Assembly (NCBI RefSeq): GCF_006345805.1
Contig: NC_043015.1
Span: 8,928,001 to 8,992,000, forward strand
DNA from: Octopus sinensis
Taxonomy: Eukaryota
Direction: 5' to 3'
Length of the DNA stretch: 64,000 bases
The position numbers and the translations under genes are program-made. Positions 1-13,160 of this stretch are shown piece by piece. How positions within the stretch are numbered: the stretch's first letter is position 1; each line of letters starts with the position of its first letter. The notes under the pieces are model-generated. The model did no database searches. It was not told where the DNA came from and was given only the letters and a program-made list of their open reading frames with translations.

Positions 1-626
1 ACAACATAAAAGGGTGTTTCACGAAGAATATTCCTTTGTGACAGAAAATATGAATAATAGAGAAGCTACGTTTAATAACCAACGGTTTCGGTTTAGGAGG
101 CAGTACTATGGATTATTAGTTATAAATGTAAGAAATAATGTACGATGATTTTTTTTTCTTTAAATATCTTCTTTGTCACTGCTATATTGTGCTAAACAAT
201 GGAAGTAGAGTAAGATGTAAAATCATCAAATTTATATAGAATATATCCCTGGACCTCAAAAATAGTCGATGATACTTTTCGGTAAAGACTTTTTGAGCGT
301 ATGTCTATGGACATGCAACGAAGTTACGTTTCCTGAGATTGATATTGTAGTGGTACTCAATATTTTCCTTCCGAGATTTCATTTTCATCTAGAAATATAA
401 GTATACGGACTTGTTTTCCATCGGTTAAGATTTATACATATATTCTGCCAGACAGCGTATTACTAGAATGATTAAGCTGCCAACCTTATTAGTCACTGTA
501 AAACATATTGTGGTTGAAAATTAGACTATCGTATTTGCATAGGCATTTATTAGCCGTTTGATTATAAACTGTGTATGTTTCAGGAAATAGCGAATGTGAT
601 TTTCAGTCATCGATGTCAAATTCATT

Positions 627-869
627 GAAGGCGGCGAGCTGGCAGAAACGTTAGCATGCCGGGCGAAATGTGTAGCCGTATTTCCTCTGCCGCTACGTTC
701 TGAGTTCAAATTCCGCCGAGGTCGACTTTGCCTTTCATCCCTTTCGGGGTCGATAAATTAAGTACCAGTTACGCACTGGGGTCGATGTAATTGACTTAAT
801 CCCTTTGTCTGTCCTTGTTTGTCCCCTCTATGTTTAGACCCCTGTGGACAATAAAGAAATAAAGAAATA
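627..869 (+). mobile_element. tRNA-derived SINE, family A (~245 bp)
   Basis: Head AAGGCGGCGAGCTGGCAGAAACGTTAGC with a B-box-like GAGTTCAAATTCC and an A-rich tail AAAGAAATAAAGAAATA. The same sequence recurs at 12738, 50093 (-) and 59647. Confidence 0.9.
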
Positions 870-1652
870 GAGGTCAAACTCATTGCAAAGTCTCTCTGAT
901 ATTTCTTATTCTATACTTAATGATATAAATGTGAGGATATATCTCTAAATATTCTTCTTAAAGCTGTAGACAGGCGCTGTATGTCAGCATGTTTACTACA
1001 GTACGTTACAGAGTAACACACTAATTCCTTCTTTTTATCTCAATCGTCGCCTCTCTTCAATTTAGCTAAGCACATCACGTTTATATCATACTTATGACAT
1101 TAATATTTTAATTCATATAAGAATTTTAACTATTCTCTGTCTGTCTATATTGGCTTACTTAATTTCCGATTTATTATATTGATATTTGTAGCTAATTACA
1201 AAACAGATAGGGTAATTACAATAATTGTATTTTATCTTTTCCGTTTACTTCTGTGTCCAATACTTATTCAATTTACTTGAAATATTTTTGCTAATTACTG
1301 TCTTAAATAGTGTGTGGTTTGTATTTCTCAAATCATTTCGCATTATTGATATACTTGTTTTTCAATGTTTCTAAGTTGAACGAAATTAATTTCTTCTTCT
1401 TTCCGCGAGGATACTTATACTTGTTTCCTATGTATTTTTTTTTATGTGGCCCATATATTTAGAAGAACTAGGGCATCGCCAATTATGCTATTCGTCGTGA
1501 ATCTGAATTAAGTTTACTTCAATTTTGTCAAAAGCTTCGGTAACATTGAAAATTTCAGATTAGCAAAAATAGCATAACAGTTATGTTTCGTGGTAAGTAC
1601 GACTTAGAATTAACACCTCAGAAAAGACCTTTTTTTTTTTCAAACTAAACAC

Positions 1653-2523
1653 ATTCAAACTTCGGATACTGGTAGAATGTGTCACATAGAACATCTTTAA
1701 CTCTTAGCGTTGTTGAAAATGTTTGTATTTTCGATGTTATTTCGTGTTAAATTTGTCGTATTTGAGTAATTTCAACAAATCAATGACGTCTATTGAGCTG
1801 TATAAAGTTACTTCCGGCAGTGTATATTTCGTTTGTCACTGTTATTTATGAGCTATTTTATCTCAGTTACGTTCGTATCAATAAACAAGTGTATCTGAAG
1901 CACGTTTACTTCATGCCACCACCATAATCATTCATGCATTTCTACTGCTTTTAAGTTTTTTCCTGTCTATCAGCTGCTATTTTTGGAAAGACTTCCTCCC
2001 GTCCCCGTCCCCATTTTCTCTCACATTATTGGCTTTTTAAAACCGTTTTGCAATAAACCCAGATCTTTGGATACAAAGATTCCAGAAAATTGCAAAATAT
2101 CGTAATTTTGAAATGTTCTGCCTCCTTACTCCTCCCCCTCCAATTTGTTCATTTTTCAGGTTTTCTGTAACCCTAACCTAAAACCTCAAAACTAACGCTA
2201 ACCCTAACCCTAAAACACTAAAACCACAACACTAACTCTAAACCCTGAACCCTAACCCTAAAACCTCAAAGCTAAAACCTGTACAAACGCACAAACAATG
2301 TCATAAATAACAGTGACAAACGAAATATACACCGCGATAGTTGTTGTTAACAAACAACAGCAGTAATTTTATTCAGCTGAATACACGTCTTTGATTGGTT
2401 GAAATTACCGAAATACGACAACTTAACACGAAATAACTCCGAAAATAGAAACTTTTCTCAACAACGCTAAGATTAAAAGATGTTCTGTATGAGACACATT
2501 CTACCAGTATCCGAAGTTTCAAT
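1653..2523. mobile_element. MITE/foldback DNA element with ~200 bp terminal inverted repeats
   Basis: 1653-1851 (AAACTTCGGATACTGGTAGAATGTGTC...GTCACTGTTATTTATGA) is the imperfect reverse complement of 2301-2523. No internal ORF. Outer termini and TSD not resolved. Confidence 0.8.
2168..2280 (+). repeat. Degenerate telomere-like (TAACCC)n/CTAAAAC tract inside the MITE
   Basis: TAACCCTAACC, CTAACCCTAACCCTAAAAC and AAACCCTGAACCCTAACCCTAAAAC units. Confidence 0.75.
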
Positions 2524-3087
2524 TAATCGAGCTGCCCATGAAAAGGTAAAATTCCATCAGAAAATTTCTCACCTTGTAACTGGGTTACAGTATTTTACCT
2601 TCCCAACTTATTCATTCGATGTTTTCTTTACCTCAAGGTTCAAATTTCATATGAGATTATAGTAACACCGTTTTTTTCCTTCTGAAATGATATATGAAGT
2701 TGCGTCCGTGAATTGTTCTGTATAAAACTATAGTAATTTACGTGTCGTTCATACTATATTGTTGGCGAACGTATTCGTAGTTCCTCTGAATGGTTTCTAT
2801 TCTGTTAAACCAAAGTTAGCAACAGATAGTAGATGCACACATATATACATACTTCCGAACGTACATATATACGTACACACCCACACACTCATATAGGTAT
2901 CGATAGTAAGGTGAATTAAGTGTGTGTGGGTGTTTGTGTGTGTGTGTGTGTGCTATTGGTTTTATGTAATAATTAATGTGTAAAGAAAATGTAATTATCG
3001 TCATTCACATCATTATTGTTATTATTATCATTTGCCCCAGAACCATATCAAACCCATCATTAACCGCACCACACTAGCTGCAAGTAT

Positions 3088-3108
3088 TTATTATTATTAT
3101 TATTATTA

Positions 3109-3173
<65 letters not shown>

Positions 3174-3531
3174 TTATTATTATTATTTTATTATTATTAT
3201 CATCATCATCCTCATCATCATTATTATTAGCATCAGCAGAATAATGAGAAGAGAAGAGTGCTATTGTTATCAAGTGAACGATATTTCGACAGCTAGTGTA
3301 TTTTCTACAGTTTCAAAACATAAATTTGTCAATCTACATCATTTTTGTTAATATATATATATAGGACTGAGTTAAATCCTCCAGAAGATTAACCAAAATG
3401 AAGTAGATTGACAAGTTCATTTTTTTAAAACTGTGGAAGACACACGAGATGTCGAAATATCGTTCAATGGCTTCTATTTTTACTGCTATATAATCTGGAG
3501 GAGTTACGTCAGTCCTATATTATTGCTGTTA

Positions 3532-3597
<66 letters not shown>

Positions 3598-3765
3598 TAT
3601 TATTGACTTTTGCTTTATGTCTGTACAAGTTGGCTCCGAGTCTCACCCAGAGACCTCAAGAGAAAACAGGTTGGAAGTTCACGTTGTTGTTATGCCTAGT
3701 GTGCCATATATTTGGGGTTTTTTTTGGTGTTGTACTTATTATTATCAATATTATTATTATTATTA

Positions 3766-3818
<53 letters not shown>

Positions 3819-3853
3819 TTTATTTTTATTATTATTATTATTATTATTATTAA
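3088..3853. repeat. Cluster of (TTA)n/(ATC)n microsatellites (3088-3232, 3531-3596, 3737-3853)
   Basis: Directly visible trinucleotide tracts. Confidence 0.95.
3597..3736 (-). mobile_element. Extreme 3' fragment of the R4/Dong-like LINE
   Basis: Near-identical to 31648-31775 (GACTTTTGCTTTATGTCTGTACAAGTTGGCTCC...). Flanked on both sides by (TTA)n. Confidence 0.85.
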
Positions 3854-4149
3854 GATGATTTCTATGTCACGTTTTAACACAATCCCGCAATTTAGGGACT
3901 CAGCACATTTTCTTCTTCAAAAACAAGCATTGTGTTACAAGAAGTTTTGCCAGCTTCCTGTGAAGTTTGATGTTTGCAGCTTTTCATACCGAAATAACGC
4001 TTTCTATGACGTAGTCCTAAATGCACCGGTCAGAATCGGCATCACACTCAGTTTTCAAGCTCTATGAATATGTTTCACTTCCAATGCTAGGTTTTCGTAC
4101 TCTCAGGAATTCCTCCTTCTCTTTTTTCGCAATATTCTGCATTGCAGGT

Positions 4150-5560
4150 ATAGCAACGCCGATGATGGTCCAAAGTTCTGTAGGAAAGTAACATTTGGTT
4201 GGTTACTTTGAAGCGTTTATTTTTCTATGTATTTTGGCATATGTCATGAGTTTCACCTGCCCGTTTTCTGCTAATGGCAAAGGTTGGTGTTCATACCTCT
4301 TGTTGGAATATTCTAGCCCATATTTTTTGTTCAACTCATAAAGATGTACAGTCCCATTCCGTTCGTACAGTGCCATTTCGTGCCTTTCTTTAACAAATTA
4401 TTCATTTTATGTATATAGAGCTAGTAATAACCTGCCAGACCTAAATATGCTTGCTTTGTTAGTCAGAGCAGCCGTATTTTTTTATCACATCAACACTAGT
4501 AAGGTCCGCTTTTCGTCCGTTTTCATCGATCACCTGTCCTAAGTACTTTTGTTTTCGCATTTATTTTCACTTACTTTTTAAATCCATACACGCTTATTCT
4601 TTAAAAAATTTTTTTTATATAAGTTCAATATGCTGGGTGAAGGCGCAACGGCCCAGTGGTTAGGGCAGCGGACTTGTGGTCGGAGGTTCGGGGTTTCGAT
4701 TCCCAGACCGTTGTGTGTGTTTATTAAGCGCACATATCTAAAAGCACCACGAGTTTCCGGCAGTGGTTGGTGGCGACCCCTGTTGTACTCTTTCACCACA
4801 ACTTTCTCTCACTCTCTATTCCTGTTTCTTGAGTAACGCTCAGATCGACTGGCAACCCGTCTCATACGCCACAGAAATCGGAACACTGGCCCATGAGCCT
4901 GGCTAGGCTTGAAAAGGGCGACGTTTATCGTTTCATCAATATGCTGGTCCCGCGATTTACTTTTGATCGACATGTCATCCAAATATGTGACCGCAAACTC
5001 ACAGTCTGCTAGCATGGTGTCCATCACTTGCTGAAATATTGCTGCTGCGACCATAACCCCAAATGACAGACTTTTTCAAAACAGTTCAGAGATTTATGAG
5101 TATTTATTGTTGAATTTTAGCATATTTCTCATCCACCAGCAATTGGAAGTAGGCCTCTGACAAGTCCAGCTTCGAAGCAGATAGTTGTAATTTTTTAAAC
5201 AATCATTAAGACCCACTGAGAATTGCACAATACTCTTCTTTTGTTGGCTTTCCTTATAATATTGATAGCATGTGCCACCCACTATGAGTGGTCTACCTTT
5301 TCAATTAATTCCATGTATTCTAATCTTTTGCGTCCCTTCTCAACTTAATTTAACGCCGAAAAAGGCACATTCCTTTTCGGTTTGAACACCGGCACGCATT
5401 TTCTTACAACTCCAAACTTTACATTCATGTTTTAACACGTCCCGATTTCCTTCAAGAAGACATCAGGGTTTAAATTCTTCAATTTTAATTTCAATTTTTC
5501 CAACACATCTGCCATGGTACATCCCACAACTCGAATTCTGCCCTTAAATCTGTGATTCAT
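4150..5560 (-). mobile_element. Decayed Ty3/Gypsy pol (RT to RNase H) interrupted by a SINE
   Basis: Minus-strand remnants VPVFKPKRNVPF, FSVGLNDCLKNYNY, AIFQQVMDTMLADCEFAVTYLDD, KYLGQVIDENGRK and AYLGLAGYY, with many stops and frameshifts. Confidence 0.8.
4637..4935 (+). mobile_element. tRNA-derived SINE, family C, with 12-bp TSD
   Basis: tRNA-like head (CCCAGTGGTTAGGGCAGCGGAC...GGTTTCGATTCCC). TSD TCAATATGCTGG at 4625-4636 and 4936-4947. Confidence 0.9.
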
Positions 5561-5966
5561 TGTATATTCAGATACCGTCATATTAGTTTAATTTCTGGCA
5601 AAATTTCCCCCAAGAATTGAATTCGTTCCCCACACACACTGTAAGCGACTTTAGTAGTATGTTTTCTATACCAGCCTTCCCATCTTAATCTATGTTGCCC
5701 TGCCGGTATCTAATTGCATCTACGTTTGCAAACTATTTACGTTTACCAATACATATTTTCTGGGTTTTTTTATGGTTTCTTGAGTAGACTTTCTTTGGTC
5801 TCTCATATTTTGCATTTTACTTCAACCAGCATTTTGACGGTCTATGCCCAATTTTACCCCACTTCAAACATTGTAAACTGTGAAAACGGCTACAACTTTA
5901 AATATATAAATAACAAATATTTTAACTATTCACAGTGTATTTTCAAACTTTCCACTTCTATCTGTC

Positions 5967-6065
<99 letters not shown>

Positions 6066-6108
6066 TCTGTGTGTGTGTATGTATAAATATATATATATAT
6101 ATATATAT

Positions 6109-6505
6109 TTATACAATTAAGGGCTCCTAAATAAAGATGCCGAGTGCTGGGAACACAAAAAGGGGATGAATTTATCGAGAGTGAAAATCAAAAACGTTTA
6201 CCGATAACTTTAACAACTCGTACCGCGGTTTCTGCTTCTTTCTAGCAAAACACAGAATATGTTTGCTAAGGCCAGCTTCATCAGCGAGTTGCCTGAGTTT
6301 AATCGAGGTCTGCAGCGATGTGGGGCTATACGTTGAAGCTGGCCTTAGCAAACATATTCTGTGTTTTGCTAGAAAGAAGCAGAAACCGCGGTACGAGTTG
6401 TTAAAGTTATCGGTAAACGATTTTGATTTTCACTCTCGATAAATTCATCCCCTTTTTGTGTTCCCAGCACTCGGCATCTTTATTTAGGAGCCCTTAATTG
6501 TATAA
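6109..6505. mobile_element. Fold-back PLE-type element: 172-bp inverted arms with a 53-bp spacer
   Basis: 6109-6280 is the reverse complement of 6334-6505, with one mismatch seen. Abuts (TA)n and contains a hammerhead. Confidence 0.85.
6214..6291 (-). ncRNA. Type I hammerhead ribozyme with extended stem II
   Basis: Minus strand: stem I CAACTCG, core CTGATGA, long stem II (GCT...AGC with inner TAGCAAACA/TGTTTTGCTA), GAAA, stem III C-CGCG-GT, cleavage GUA (A at 6221), then CGAGTTG closing a 7-bp stem I. Confidence 0.85.
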
Positions 6506-6616
6506 CTACATGAATAATATTTTTCTATATGAATAATATTTTTGTCTTATGACTAATTCGTCTTTTGTGCTGGGCACCTGGTAGTAAATAATATTACTAC
6601 CCTTCTTGTTTATATA

Positions 6617-6677
<61 letters not shown>

Positions 6678-8802
6678 ATATATATGTGTGTATGTATGGA
6701 TGGATGTATAGATGTATGTATGACTGTACGTATATACATACAATATCAGAAGAGATCAGCTGTGAATCCAGCACAATATTTTTCATGTTTGGATCTGTCC
6801 ATACAACAGCTAATCTGTCACTCCAACTGGTTTGCTTGGATAGTCGGATTGCTATAAACACTGTAGGACTAAAGACAAGAACTGTTAGAACAATATGTGA
6901 TCTTAATGTATTCAACTATAATCTAGCAATAACAAGAACCATCTGAAATTCCGGGGGGGGGGTATCCAACGGGCTGATGGAACACTGAGAGTGAACCATT
7001 ACGAAAGAGTTTTTAAAAGTTGTCTTTAGGAGAAGATCACTCTCACATAAAATGTAATCATGCGTATAAGCACATTGGACACTTTCTGCGATCTTTTGCT
7101 TGCGTTTGATATTATGGTGCTCCCACACTCCTGAGTCAACGACCCATAATGTCGAAGGGTAACACGTTCTCGTTTGTTTCTGGATCGTGATCGTAGGGTT
7201 GGGGGGATGTTTGAGGTGGGGTGCAACCTTACTGGATCTAACCTTTTTTGGATCCACAATCTATCTGATGCCTAGCCTAGTGGTAGGTCGCTGCGGTGAG
7301 CTTTAATGTGGCACATGCAAACCGAGGTGTGAAACTCACTGGTGGTATAATGCTCAGGAATTGCTAGTATTTTGCATAGGAAATGAACTCTATTAGTCTC
7401 TGTCCCAAGTGGACAACTATCATATATAGTTTATATATGCAAATAAGTCTACTTGCTGATGGGCTATGGCGTAGCAAAGGTGGAGCACAATTAAATTTTT
7501 CATTAGAAGTGGCCGCAACCCTTAACATTATCAGTGCCACATGCATAGCGTATGTGCATTGTTTATGCGCTTTGAAACATCCTTTCTTGGTGCCGAGTGT
7601 TGAAAATCATTCAATGTCTCAGACGAGGCACAATAACTAGCTAGAGATAAACAAGATATGTCGCTGTCTATATTAAACTGTCTTTCAACTCTTCAGTAAC
7701 ATGCACGCAATTCACTTAGGAATGTATCGAGTCACTGGTCTCAGACCTAAAGTCTCTTTGCTGGCGTCCTATTGTGTAGCAGAAGTGAATTAAGTTTATA
7801 TTTTAGATTTCAAGCAGCTCTGATATTCTAAGCATTATTAGTCACATACATAGTTTATATGCTTGGTGCATTTATACAGGCACACAGAAGACACATACGT
7901 ACACTGTTTAACGCACATATACCCATATACATACAAATGCACATATGTACTCTCAATCTTAAAGATATACACATACTGGGATATTTGTTCAAGTGTGACA
8001 GTGTGCGTTTGATTGTGAACATAGTGTGTGAAAGATTCTGTATCTGTGTGGGTGTGTGTTTAAGCTTTTATTTCTACGTATAATTTAGCTTTCCTTCGTG
8101 GATTTTTCTTTAAAGATAAATGCCCTAAAGTATAATTCTAAAATAGAGCATTGCGCTAATAAACCGCTATGTTCTAACCGTATACATTTAATCTATATAT
8201 TTGTACATATTCACCTTTCATCATTGTAATCTTAGCACCTGCTTGAGTTCCAAATTCGATGTATATTTACATATATTCCGTGCAAATATGAACAGCGTGA
8301 ATGAGTATGTTTTACATTGGTTTTCCTGTAAAATAAAGAGCTTTAGAAATTGTGTAGATATATGTTTTTATCATTAGTCCGTTAGTATCAAGTATGCACC
8401 GAATTGCAGTTCCAGGTAAGAAGATTAGTAATGGTATTCAGGCAATAATAAAATAACCAAAATAAGTAAACATAAATATCATGTTTTGAATACTGGAAAC
8501 ACCATAGCGACTGAGTAACTATACTTGTCATGTTTCCGTGTAAATGATTCAGCCTTTTGCGCACACCTGATGACACCAGGCAAACAAAATCGTGGATATT
8601 TCCAGAAAGCACGGGAAGAATAATATATATTAAAACTATTCATTTCCATCTCTTTACCTTTCTCTTTTTTCTCTTTCCCTCTCTCTTTCTCTCTCTATCT
8701 CCACACACGCACACACATATATATATATATATATATACACATACATACATAAATATATATGTATATATATATATAACGTATATATATATAATATATACGT
8801 TT

Positions 8803-8869
<67 letters not shown>

Positions 8870-8873
8870 GTAT

Positions 8874-8929
<56 letters not shown>

Positions 8930-9571
8930 GGATATATGTATTCATACATATGTGTGGGCATGTGCGTATGAGTACAGAGACACATAAACATATACGAATA
9001 GAAAACTAAAAGAAAAATACATGACTTGCTTTATTGGTGTATTGTACTGATTCTTTATTACTTGCTTTATTGGTGTATATCTCATCATCAAATAGCAATA
9101 ATACATTGTAATATAGATATGCAAATTACATTATATTCCTAGACGCTTGATCATTTTCATTATTTTTTTTCTTCTCAGCTAGTGAACATATTTGTAACGG
9201 TTGTTGTAAACTACATGCTCTGCTGTTACTCAGTTTCAAATCGCATGCTTTACTTTTCTTTCTTCCGCTAATTCTTCGAAACTACTTTGGCATAATATTC
9301 ATCCACTTGCCAATTTCGTGCCACCTCATCCTGTTTGTATTTAGTGTCATTCACTAATGAGAATTCACGAACACACTCCGTTTCTATTTTTTCTAGAATC
9401 TCGAATAAAGATAAGTCGGTCAGTTTATGTATATATCAGATGGATATGTATGCGATGTTAAATATCCGTCTATAATAAAAGGAAATATTCGTGAAGATAT
9501 TCCCGAAAACCACTTATATTATATAGATGATATAGCTAGGATACAAATGTATCCTAGCTATATTTGTACAG

Positions 9572-11230
9572 TAGGGTGGAGCAAAGAATATAACTTTCGA
9601 AATTGGCGACCAAGAATCGATATTCCGCTGCAAAATAGGTTTAAAATAAAGGTATATAAAGAACTTTGCGGTTAATTATTTTTGCAGGCTCCGCAACGCA
9701 ATTAAAATGTTAGAATCGCTATTTTTGGTCAAAATGTGTCTTTCTTGGATAATAATTCGCAACATATATATATTTCCACATATTAGAATGCAGAAAAGGA
9801 AATTATAGTGTCTTTAGAGGTGACATATTAAGTTTGAATAAAATTGACTAAGTTCCACATTGACTTTAAAGAGAATGGATGTGTGAATTTCTACCCAGTA
9901 CCGCTGCAATGGTTGCTACATATGAAGGTACGTCGTATGTGTATGAAGTCTTCTACTTTGTAGCTTGACATTAGGACATTGTATAGAAATAAAATGATCG
10001 TGTTAAATTCAATGTTGTTTATACTTGGTGATGTCTCGTAACCCATTAACACGTCATGATATTGCATGCTCAGTATCTGGTACTCCGTGTGATGTTACAG
10101 AGCAAGTTTTGCCAAGTTACAGGGACGTACAAGAATGTGTTTCCTTTGAAAGAGTAAAATAAAAGAATGTAGTTAAGAAAGATGCTTCAATTAAAGAAAT
10201 TGTGAAAATAATTGTGCTTTAAAACAATGCAACAATAGACGTTTTTGACATTTCCCGTTGCAAGTGCATCTCCTTTAAAAACTGAAGTTTTAGTAGAGAC
10301 AAAGATTAAAAAAACACAGATAAAACAATATTTCTTTACAGCATCAACGGATAAATAGGAAAACGATCATTGGGGGAATAGATCAAGCAGTATCTCAGCA
10401 GAACGTTCAGAAATTGATTAGAAAGAATCGGCTAAATCACAGTCGTTCTTCTACGTCAGTAAAGGATTCTGAATGGATAGCGTTTCCATTAAGCAATGAA
10501 TCTGGAAATAAATCAGCGGGCGTAGGTGAAGATTTTCCAATCCCATCATCCATGAAAGGGAAAGATGTCAGCAAAAACGTAAGTTCAAAAACACCAGTAA
10601 AACGAATGAAATTCCCAATATTAGCTTCTGCTTGTGGCCTCATTGCTGTGTCCGACCGTGCTTCTGCTCGTCATACATATTTGGTCATCAGTGTCTTAAC
10701 GGCAAATACATCTGGTGAATGTTTTTTCATTATAGACAGATCGAAGGTAAGCCGGAAATTACCGAGAAAACGTAAATCCCAGCAGCAGGAAGGTAGGTGA
10801 CAACGGCCATTGTCTGCCGTGTATCTTGATGGAAGCAGGGACACAACCCTCATAAGTGAAGAAATGAGAAAAATATTTCGCAAGAAAAATTACAAGAAGA
10901 GCGCATTTCAATGATGGAAGAACATGAGTCACACTATCTTGGGCAATTAGCTGTTTAAACGGGTTTTACAAAAGCCATTTCCGATAATTCGTTGAGTTTT
11001 TTTTGGAAACCAATGAGATAGTAACCAATCACATGATAGCTCTAGGTTGCGATGACACTGCAGTCAATACTGAACCAAAAGAAGACACCAATAGACTTTT
11101 GGAGGATAAATTGAAGAAGTGATTGCATTGGTTTGTGTGCCAGCTCTGCGCAAATGAACTTCCCTTACGCATTCTTCTTAACGATCTCGACGGAAAAACC
11201 ACATTGCCTGGTGGAAGTCTAGGAGGCTTG
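9572..11230 (+). mobile_element. Decayed hAT-like (hATm/hATx-type) DNA transposon
   Basis: Putative left end TAGGGTGG at 9572. Remnants LASACGLIAVSDRASA, IIDRSKV, YLDGSRDTT, LGCDDTAVNT and LHWFVCQLCANELPLR match the FDGRKD / GCDGTxVNTG / WxxCxLHxNELPLRH layout. No right TIR found; subfamily assigned from memory. Confidence 0.7.
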
Positions 11231-12737
11231 TGGTCGTCAGATACAGCTTGATTTGATGGATATCTTTGCAGTTAATATATTACCGAAAAGCTTCAGCAAT
11301 ATAGAAAAGAGTAATCCAGTAATATATTTATCGCATTAATTAATTTACAGCCGATAAACATTGGTTTGGGGTTGGTACACGTCCAGCAATATCAAAGGAA
11401 GCGTGAAGTCGATTATATCAACTCCGGGGCTTAACCGGTACTTATTTTATCATTCCCGGAGTTATGAACGCAAATTCAATTTCAAACTGTTCTGCATGCT
11501 GCATTATGGTTGGTAAATATTGTTGACATAATATACGAATACAGCAGTTCATCTTTAGCAGATGTATGCAAGACAAAATCCATAACACAGTATGTCTTCG
11601 AATAAAGTTGCACTTGTTCTCATTTGAATTGTGACAAAATCGCTTCAAATTACTGTTGTTTGAAACTCTGTAACATCAATATATACAGGGGCATTCCACA
11701 CTATAACAGCATTAGTCTTAATATCGATAGACAGATAAATATTTGCAAATGAAATCTACTGATTTGTTTAACCACAGAATGACATCGGGAGAAAAGAAAT
11801 TGACATTCAAATGTCAGTAGTAATGGTTCTATTCCCTGGTTTTAGCGCTATTCTACTATTTATTCATCTGAAATCAATAAAACAAAAATATAGAAACAAA
11901 CTCCACAATTTGATTTTCTATCGTTTTTCATTTTTCAAAATTCCTTCTGCTTTCTACATCAAGCACAATTGCATTTGATGTTGTGACAGTCTTTGTGGAG
12001 AACGTCACTAAAAAAGTGCATTATTGAAATATAGTTTCAAGTTACACGTCCCTTGTTAGATAAGAGGAGAATTCGGCTATATACTGAGGTTGCCTTCAGT
12101 AAAAGCCAATTGACTCCGCTCGAGAAGTAAGAGCGTTGAGCACTTCTAGAATTAGATAGAACTGATAATGAATGTAGCTGTAATACTAACTTTCTTGAAA
12201 TATATAAAGGATCACTGTTTCCATTCAAGCCTAGCTAACGTTGAATTTCATCGTCCACAATATAGAGAAACGGTTGCTGTCAAACGTAAGGTACTGGAAT
12301 CAAAATAGCATTCGTGTATTTCGGTGAGAGTATCTTAAATCTGATTCAGAATGCCAAATATATTAAGTGGGTTGTATGATTATCCAAAGCATGGAGCAGA
12401 TTTCATTATTAGTATCTGGTGATACGCAGTCCATTATTAGCAAGATGTTATTGATATTTCTATTGATCACCACACAAAGGCACTTCTTGACAGCCATATT
12501 CTTTCCATTTTTTGCATTCTTATTTAATAGGGTATTGGTCTCTCTATTAAGATGTGAAGAATTCTCGTGATTAGAAATATCATTAATTTAATATTGGAAT
12601 ACGTATTTCTAGAAGGTACTGTTTCATTGCGTTGTTACTTCATTCGTACGTTATGGAGTCGGAATATTATTAAATATTTTATTTCTATTTTTATTAAGAT
12701 TCTAAACGAACGATTAGTTAATAATTATTAACTATTC

Positions 12738-13160
12738 TAAGGCGGCGAGCTGGCACAAACGTTAGCACGTCTGGCGAAATGCGTAGCCTTATTTCGTCTG
12801 CCGTTACGTTCTGAGTTCAAATTCATCCGGGATCGACTTTGCCTTTCATTCTTTCGGGGGTCGATAAATTAAGTACCATTTACGCAATGGGGTCGGTGTA
12901 GTCGACTTAATCCGTTTGTCTGTCCTTGTTTGTCCTCTCTGTGTTTAGCCCCTTGTGGGTTGTAAAGACATATGTATTTTGTCTGCCGCTACGTTCTGAG
13001 TTCAAATTTCGCCGAAGTCGACTTTGCCTTTCATTCTTTCGGGGTCGATAAATTAAGTACCAGTTACGCACTGGCGTCTATATACTCGACTTAATCCGTC
13101 TGTCCGCCCTTGTCTGTCCGATCTATGTTTAGCCCCATGTGGGTAGTAAAGAAATAGGTA
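12738..13160 (+). mobile_element. Family A SINE dimer (full copy plus 5'-truncated copy)
   Basis: First copy 12738-12970. The second restarts at GTATTTTGTCTGCCGCTACG (~12974) and ends AAAGAAATAGGTA. Confidence 0.9.

Noticed and set aside
2168-2280. True telomere or chromosome fusion site
   Set aside because: The tract is short, degenerate and internal to a TIR element.
8567-8615. CTGATGA...GAAA near 8570
   Set aside because: Stems I-III cannot be formed around the core.
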